A program made the translations under genes and the position numbers. Source: Phycisphaerae bacterium (GTDB lineage: Bacteria > Planctomycetota > Phycisphaerae > WQYP01). Taken from it: a stretch of DNA of 64,000 nucleotides. Under the pieces are notes generated by a model that was given only the letters and a program-made list of their open reading frames with translations, was not told the DNA's origin and did no database searches. The DNA is taken from positions 13,102-77,101 of the forward strand of contig DASZZD010000016.1 of assembly GCA_035545015.1 (NCBI GenBank), written 5' to 3'. Positions 58,826 to 64,000 of the stretch are shown piece by piece. The stretch's first letter is position 1. Each line of letters opens with the position of its first letter.

Positions 58826-60190
58826 ATGAAATCCGACGGCGCAAAACCGGCAACTCTCGAATACTCCTCCGCTCCCAACGCACAGCGCAACGCCCCCGCC
58901 TTGCGCCTGCGCGCCGCCGAACCCATCGCCCGCGCACCCGTCATCATCCTCATCGCCCTCCTGCTGATGACCGCGATCTGGCGGCTCGTGCTCGCGATGG
59001 AAATCCTCGCCAAGCCCACGCTTGAGAACAACCTGGGCGCCATGGTGCAGTGGCGGCAGCTCGACATCTTCGCCGGCCCACTCGCCCTGCTGCTCCTGGC
59101 CATCGCCAGCCGGCGCTGGTCGATCGCGGCGACGGTTTTGGCCGCCGGCGGAATCGTTCTCGACGCGCTGGGCCTGCTGGCGGAACAAAGCGGCGTCTCG
59201 ATGGGGATCACCGATGGCCTGTTGCGCTCGGGAATCGTCGCGATCGCGCTCGCTGCCGTCGTCATCGTCCTGCGCGAGCTGCGCATGGCAGCCAAGCGCC
59301 TCGAACCCGCGCCGGCAAGTCGCACCGCCCCGACCGGTGACGCGCAAAGCGGCCTCGACCTCATCGACCTCTGGCGCCTCCTGACCGTCCAGTGGGTCCT
59401 CGTCTGGGCCGCCGCCGAAACGCTTCTCCGCTTCCGTTTCGCCACCGTCGATCTGGCGGCCAATCCGGACATCCGGCTCCTCCTCTTCCTCCTGCCCGCC
59501 GTCGGCGTGCTGCCCAACGTGATCCTGTGGATCACCCTCGCCTGGGCCGGGACGCTCGGGATCAGCGGCAAGGGAGCGGGGGCCGGACAAGCGCGGGGCA
59601 GCGGTCGGCCGCGGGCGTGGGTGGTGGCGATGATCGTCTTCAACGTCGGCGCCATTCTGCTGGTCACCTCGCCGACCAAGGCCGGCAGTGCGGGAGCGGT
59701 GCTGATGGCGGCGGGGCTCGGCGTTTACCTGCTCGGCTTTCCGCGCGGGGCGTGGCGCGGGCTGGGAGGGGCGATGATTGTCGGCGGCGTCGCGATCCTG
59801 GCGATTGGCGCCGTGCTGCTGGGCGGATCGCAGTTCTACAGCTATGCCACCTCGCAGGCGGTGACGGAATATGCGTCGACGGCCATGCGAATCCTTATCT
59901 TTCCGGCGTTCCCCATCCTGTGGCTCGCGGGGGTCGGAATCTGTGCGTTGCGGCGGTGCGTTCCGGAGCGGTTGCAGCCGCGGCAGGCGGGGGTGATCGC
60001 GGCGGTGCTGCTGGTGGTGGCGGCGGTGGGGACGGCGATCGTCTTTTTCGTGGTCGCGGCGACGGGGCCGGAAGCTGGGGGATTTCAGCTTCTGTCGGCG
60101 ACGGCGATCCTGGATGCGGCGGGCGTGGGCTTGGGGGCCCTGGTGACACTGCGCGGGTTAAGCGTTTCGGGGCAACCGGTGCGTGGGTAG
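58826..60190 (+). CDS. Multi-pass membrane hypothetical protein
   Basis: About a dozen hydrophobic segments; no family recognised. Confidence 0.65.
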   Translation: MKSDGAKPATLEYSSAPNAQRNAPALRLRAAEPIARAPVIILIALLLMTAIWRLVLAMEILAKPTLENNLGAMVQWRQLDIFAGPLALLLLAIASRRWSIAATVLAAGGIVLDALGLLAEQSGVSMGITDGLLRSGIVAIALAAVVIVLRELRMAAKRLEPAPASRTAPTGDAQSGLDLIDLWRLLTVQWVLVWAAAETLLRFRFATVDLAANPDIRLLLFLLPAVGVLPNVILWITLAWAGTLGISGKGAGAGQARGSGRPRAWVVAMIVFNVGAILLVTSPTKAGSAGAVLMAAGLGVYLLGFPRGAWRGLGGAMIVGGVAILAIGAVLLGGSQFYSYATSQAVTEYASTAMRILIFPAFPILWLAGVGICALRRCVPERLQPRQAGVIAAVLLVVAAVGTAIVFFVVAATGPEAGGFQLLSATAILDAAGVGLGALVTLRGLSVSGQPVRG

Positions 60191-60475
60191 GGTTGGGGAT
60201 TGGGCGACATGCTGATGAGCGGGGGTGGCGGCGGAGTGATCGCCGGCGTAGGTGTGGATGATCAGCGCGACGAGGAGGGCGAGGAGGACGAAGGAAACGG
60301 TTGTGTAGAGGCGGATGGCTTTTTCGACGCGCGTGCCGGAGCGGCCGTTGAAATGTTTGCCGCAGTCGGTGCACTTGACCAGCGAGAAGAGGCGTGGGCC
60401 GACGACGCCGCCCCAGGGGGTGAAGCGGACTCGGGAGGCTTCGGAGGCATTGCAATAGGGGCAGGGCTGAGGCAT
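60158..60475 (-). CDS. Small zinc-ribbon membrane protein
   Basis: CPYC...FTPWGGVVGP...CTDCG then a TM segment. Confidence 0.65.
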   Translation of the reverse strand: MPQPCPYCNASEASRVRFTPWGGVVGPRLFSLVKCTDCGKHFNGRSGTRVEKAIRLYTTVSFVLLALLVALIIHTYAGDHSAATPAHQHVAQSPTLPTHRLPRNA

Positions 60476-60559
60476 GGTTGGGACTCCGGTCGCGGGGATC
60501 CCTTGGAAAACGGAATTGGGGGCGGGAAAGTTCCGGAAAAAACTCAAAACGCAAAACAT

Positions 60560-61762
60560 TCAGGAGGCCAGGGTCCAGTTGGTCGGGGCGCTGCCTTCGG
60601 GACGGATGACGTGGCGGTAGAGGGTGTCGCGTTCGATGGGGGTGAAGCCGGCTTCGTGGATGAGGCGGCGGATGGTGTCGACGGTTTGTTCCTGGTGGGT
60701 TTTGCGGTCGCCTCGGGCGGCTTCGCGTTTGGTGATGTCGTACCAGACGACGGTGCCGTCGAGGTCGTCGACGCCCCAGTTGAGGCTGACCTGGGAGAGC
60801 TTCATGGATTGCATGATCCAGAAGGCTTTGACGTGGGCGAAGTTGGGGAGCATGAGGCGGGAGATGGCGAGCATTTTAAGGTCTTCGAGGCCGGTGTTGC
60901 CGGGGAGGTGGCCGAGCTCGGAGCCGTCGGGGATGAAGCTCAGGGGGATGATGGTTTGGAAACCACTATTGGCGGGGGCTTCGGATTGGAGTTGGCGGAG
61001 GGCGAGAAGATGGCGTACTCGTTCTTCGCGGGTTTCGATGTGGCCGTAGAGGATGGTGGCGTTGGTGCGGATGCCGAGCTGATGGGCGGTGCGGTGGACG
61101 TCGAGCCAGCCATCGGCGCGGAGCTTACCTTTGAAGACTTCATCGTGGACACGGTCGTCAAAGACTTCGGCGCCGCCGCCGGGGAGGGAGCCGAGGCCGG
61201 CTTCCTTGAGGGCGATGAGGACTTCGCGGGTGGAGAGCCTGGCGATTTTGGTGAGGTGGTTGATTTCGATGGCGGTGAAGGCTTTGAGGTGGAGGCGGGG
61301 GTAGCGGCTGCGCAGGCCGCGGAGCATGTCGAGGTACCAGTCGAAGGGGAGCCAGGGGTGGAGCCCGCCGACGATGTGGATTTCGGTGGCGCCGGCGGCG
61401 GCGGCTTCGCCGGCCATGCGGAAGATGTCGTCGTGGGAGAATTCGTAGGCGCCGGCTTCGCCGCGTTTGCGCTGGAATTCGCAGAACTTGCAGGAGAGGG
61501 CGCAGATGTTGGAGTAGTTGATGTGGCGGTTGATGTTGTAGAAGGCGAGGTTGCCGTGGCGTTGGGTGCGGAGGTGGTGGGCGAGTTGGCCGAGGGAGAA
61601 GATGTCGCGGGTGTTCCAGAGGGCCATGCCGTCGGCGAAGTCGAGGGGGGTGTGGGCGAGGAGTTTTTCGGCGATGGGGCGGAGGGCGGGGTCGGCGAAG
61701 TTCTGAGGATTGAGGGGTGAGGGCTCAATGGGGGGTGCCGGGGGGTGGAGGAGGGTGGTCAT
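60560..61762 (-). CDS. mqnE: Aminofutalosine synthase (radical SAM, CofH/MqnE family)
   Basis: INYSNICALSCKFCEF, HIVGGLHP, KAFTAIEI, PGGGAE, HVKAFW, ERDTLY. Confidence 0.88.
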   Translation of the reverse strand: MTTLLHPPAPPIEPSPLNPQNFADPALRPIAEKLLAHTPLDFADGMALWNTRDIFSLGQLAHHLRTQRHGNLAFYNINRHINYSNICALSCKFCEFQRKRGEAGAYEFSHDDIFRMAGEAAAAGATEIHIVGGLHPWLPFDWYLDMLRGLRSRYPRLHLKAFTAIEINHLTKIARLSTREVLIALKEAGLGSLPGGGAEVFDDRVHDEVFKGKLRADGWLDVHRTAHQLGIRTNATILYGHIETREERVRHLLALRQLQSEAPANSGFQTIIPLSFIPDGSELGHLPGNTGLEDLKMLAISRLMLPNFAHVKAFWIMQSMKLSQVSLNWGVDDLDGTVVWYDITKREAARGDRKTHQEQTVDTIRRLIHEAGFTPIERDTLYRHVIRPEGSAPTNWTLAS

Positions 61763-62555
61763 GGGCGCCTCGGGTGGGGTGAGGGGGTATTGTAGCGAAA
61801 GTTCAATTGTTTTTGAAACTTGGTGCAGGGAAGGGGGAAGTGGGGGGAGAGGAGGTGGGGTTTTGCTCGTAGATTTTGGGGTGTTTTGCAAAAAAGGGTG
61901 AGTTTTTGCCGTTGTGTTTTTGCAGATGTGGGGTTTTTGCCGTTGTGTATCGGGGTTTTGGGGGAATTCGACACACAGTGCGGAGAATGCGGAGGGCGCG
62001 GAGGGGTGACGACGATCCCCCCCCACCCCGACGGACGACGACGTAAATTGGCCACGAAAGTCACGAAAAACACGAAAGCGGAGATTTGGGAATTTTGTTT
62101 GGGCGCGAAGAAAGGGCGCGATAGCAGGATGACGATTTTTTGGGGGGGTGGAAGGGGCGCGGGGCTGCTTTTGGCGGCGGAGGGCGAGGCTGCCGCGTTT
62201 TTGGGCATGGATAGGGGGTGTGGCCGAGAAGGGGGCGGGGGTGGTGTTCATGATCTTCTCCCGGTGCGACGGGGACAATGTCGGCCAAGGCCGACCGCTA
62301 AAAGGGGTGTCGCCTAGAGAGAACGGATGGGGGCGGGGAAAGGTTCCCGGGAAGTTTGGGTTTTGGTGGGGGTTTTTGCGGGGGGGGGAAGGCGAGGAGG
62401 GCGCGACCTTGGGTGTTGGGCGCAATGTGGGGAGTGGACGGTAGGAGATTTTGGTGGTGACGTAGGCGAGTGCGGGGAATAATAGCAGTGTGCGATCCGG
62501 GCGGGAAACTGGGGCGGTTCGGATAGTATCGAGACCAATTGGGGTTATTCCGCAG

Positions 62556-62885
62556 ATGTCGTTCTACGTTTCGAATCAGCAGGGCGAGTCAGAGAGGGAC
62601 GTGACGCCTGAGCGAATGGCGCAACTCCTGGTGGGCATCGATCCGGCAGACGTCGAACATCCGGACGTGTGGCTCACTCACTCCTCAGGCTGGACTATCA
62701 GCGTGTTCGGCTCTGGGCTTGTGATTCTTACAAATCTCGCTGCCCGCGGTACTCTGGCAATGCATCAACGGCTTGCGGGTCCGTTGATGGCGCTGCCGCT
62801 GTGGGAGCAACTGGCTCGGGGCGATGTTGCTGGTGTGCAGGCGCGCCCATGGCAGCCGGGGTATGGAGGTGTGGTGGCAAGATGA
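62556..62885 (+). CDS. Hypothetical protein (immunity-like)
   Basis: EHPDVWLTHSSGWTISVF...LWEQLARG...RPWQPGY; small gene next to Imm53. Confidence 0.6.
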   Translation: MSFYVSNQQGESERDVTPERMAQLLVGIDPADVEHPDVWLTHSSGWTISVFGSGLVILTNLAARGTLAMHQRLAGPLMALPLWEQLARGDVAGVQARPWQPGYGGVVAR

Positions 62886-63004
62886 CAAGCGCTGCCGCGG
62901 ACCGGCTCGTAGCGATTCAGGATATATGTTTTTATCGTGCGGCCACGCATTCATCGTGAGCCGGCAACGACGTGCTCCGTTTTGCGGCTTAGCCGCTTGG
63001 CACT

Positions 63005-63253
63005 ATGAAAGAGAATTGGCTTCAGCGGCGGGTTGTTTTTGAAGAGGAGGTCGATCGACTGTCTCGCCTCCCACTCGCGGATCCCGGGCGGACCGTGTCA
63101 GAGTTTCGGCTCTGGTACTGCGAACGCTTTCGGATCGGCGATGAATTGTGGTGGTATGACACGGGCATGTGGGAGGAAGCGGCCGGTGAGAATGGATACG
63201 CACTTGTGCGCAATGGCGGCATCGCCTTCATGTACCCATGCATGCGGAATTGA
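63005..63253 (+). CDS. Small hypothetical protein (immunity-like)
   Basis: GDELWWY...WEEAAGENGYALVRNG. Confidence 0.55.
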   Translation: MKENWLQRRVVFEEEVDRLSRLPLADPGRTVSEFRLWYCERFRIGDELWWYDTGMWEEAAGENGYALVRNGGIAFMYPCMRN

Positions 63254-63360
63254 GGTAATGCTGTGCGTGCGCACATGTCGCGATACGATGTTGTTTGTTG
63301 TTCCAGTGGTCGTTGTGGGCGTCGTGGTGGTGACTACACAAGTTTTCGTTGGGAGCCCTG

Positions 63361-63711
63361 ATGCCCAGTGTCCTTGAACGTATTCAGCAATGGTACGCGG
63401 ACCAGTGCGACGGGGAGTGGGAGCATGATTTCGGGGTCAGGATTGAGTCGCTCGACAATCCCGGATGGCTGTTGAGGATTAATCTTGCGGGAACAGCTCT
63501 TGAGAGTCGCCCATTCGCGACGCTTGCCGAAGGACTGGAGGAGGACGAAGGTGCAGGGCATCCCACTTCGATCACCTGGCATTCGATTTCGGTAAAGGGG
63601 AATGTGTTCGAAGCTGCGGGCGATCCGTCGAAGCTGGAGTTTTTTTTGAGAACTTTTCTCGATTGGGCGAAACAGCAGGCTCCGGTGGTAAAGTCCGATT
63701 GGCCGTTTTGA
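63361..63711 (+). CDS. Imm53 family immunity protein
   Basis: LERIQQWYADQCDGEWEHDFGVRIESLDNPGW signature. Confidence 0.9.
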   Translation: MPSVLERIQQWYADQCDGEWEHDFGVRIESLDNPGWLLRINLAGTALESRPFATLAEGLEEDEGAGHPTSITWHSISVKGNVFEAAGDPSKLEFFLRTFLDWAKQQAPVVKSDWPF

Positions 63712-64000
63712 TCAACCGCGGAATTGTGCGACGGTGACGCTTCGGTCGATCATTTCAGGCGCGGCGCCGATTCTGTACGTTTCGCATGACCTGGAGGATG
63801 ACGGGTGGCAGTTTCTGGACGGAAGGACGTTCGATAGGGCGGACGCGGCGCTGGTCGGGCTGGGTGAGATCGTGCGGCGGGATCCGTCGGTGTCGGAGTT
63901 GGCCGACATGCCGCCAGGATGGGTGGCGACGCGGGAGACGAAGCAATCGCCGTGGCGGCGTAATGAGGGCGGGGGGAGTGGAAGGAGCGTCCTGATGGAA
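63707..64000 (+). CDS. DUF2185/Imm33-like immunity domain in the +1 frame after Imm53, open to window end
   Basis: FDQPRNCATVT...ILYVSHDLEDDGWQFL...DPSVSELADMPPGW; not in the ORF track, no own start for its N-terminus. Confidence 0.65.

Overview
GC-rich bacterial chromosome segment, most likely a planctomycete (Phycisphaerae/Tepidisphaerales-like). This is inferred from five prepilin/H-X9-DG (DUF1559-type) genes, a PEP-CTERM protein, MqnE and CxxCGY/CPECG zinc-ribbon membrane proteins. Housekeeping genes include panB, hpf-ptsN-hpr, valS, cimA, trpA, ispA, mlaE/F, nth, argJ, rph and mqnE. Also present: two secreted rhamnose/pectin CAZymes, a small ACP/ketosynthase lipid cluster, a decayed Rhs/TA islet and a poly-immunity cassette at the right end. 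Main highlights: (1) a CxxC/RAPP DUF2946-like leader upstream of a His-rich pilin-like gene and a His-rich PEP-CTERM gene, a candidate metal-sensing, pilin-based uptake module; (2) a HUH (RAYT/IS200-like) transposase with 33-bp inverted repeats inserted in frame inside valS; (3) four tandem mosaic pilin-like paralogs; (4) an Ile/Leu/Val leader-peptide attenuator before cimA; (5) a shared RGG/FGG insert with a DGT core in two unrelated CAZymes; (6) a TTT-TGA +1 frameshift linking two immunity domains. No tRNA, rRNA or CRISPR array was recognised. All calls come from motif recognition by eye, not database searches, and many start codons are my re-selection.
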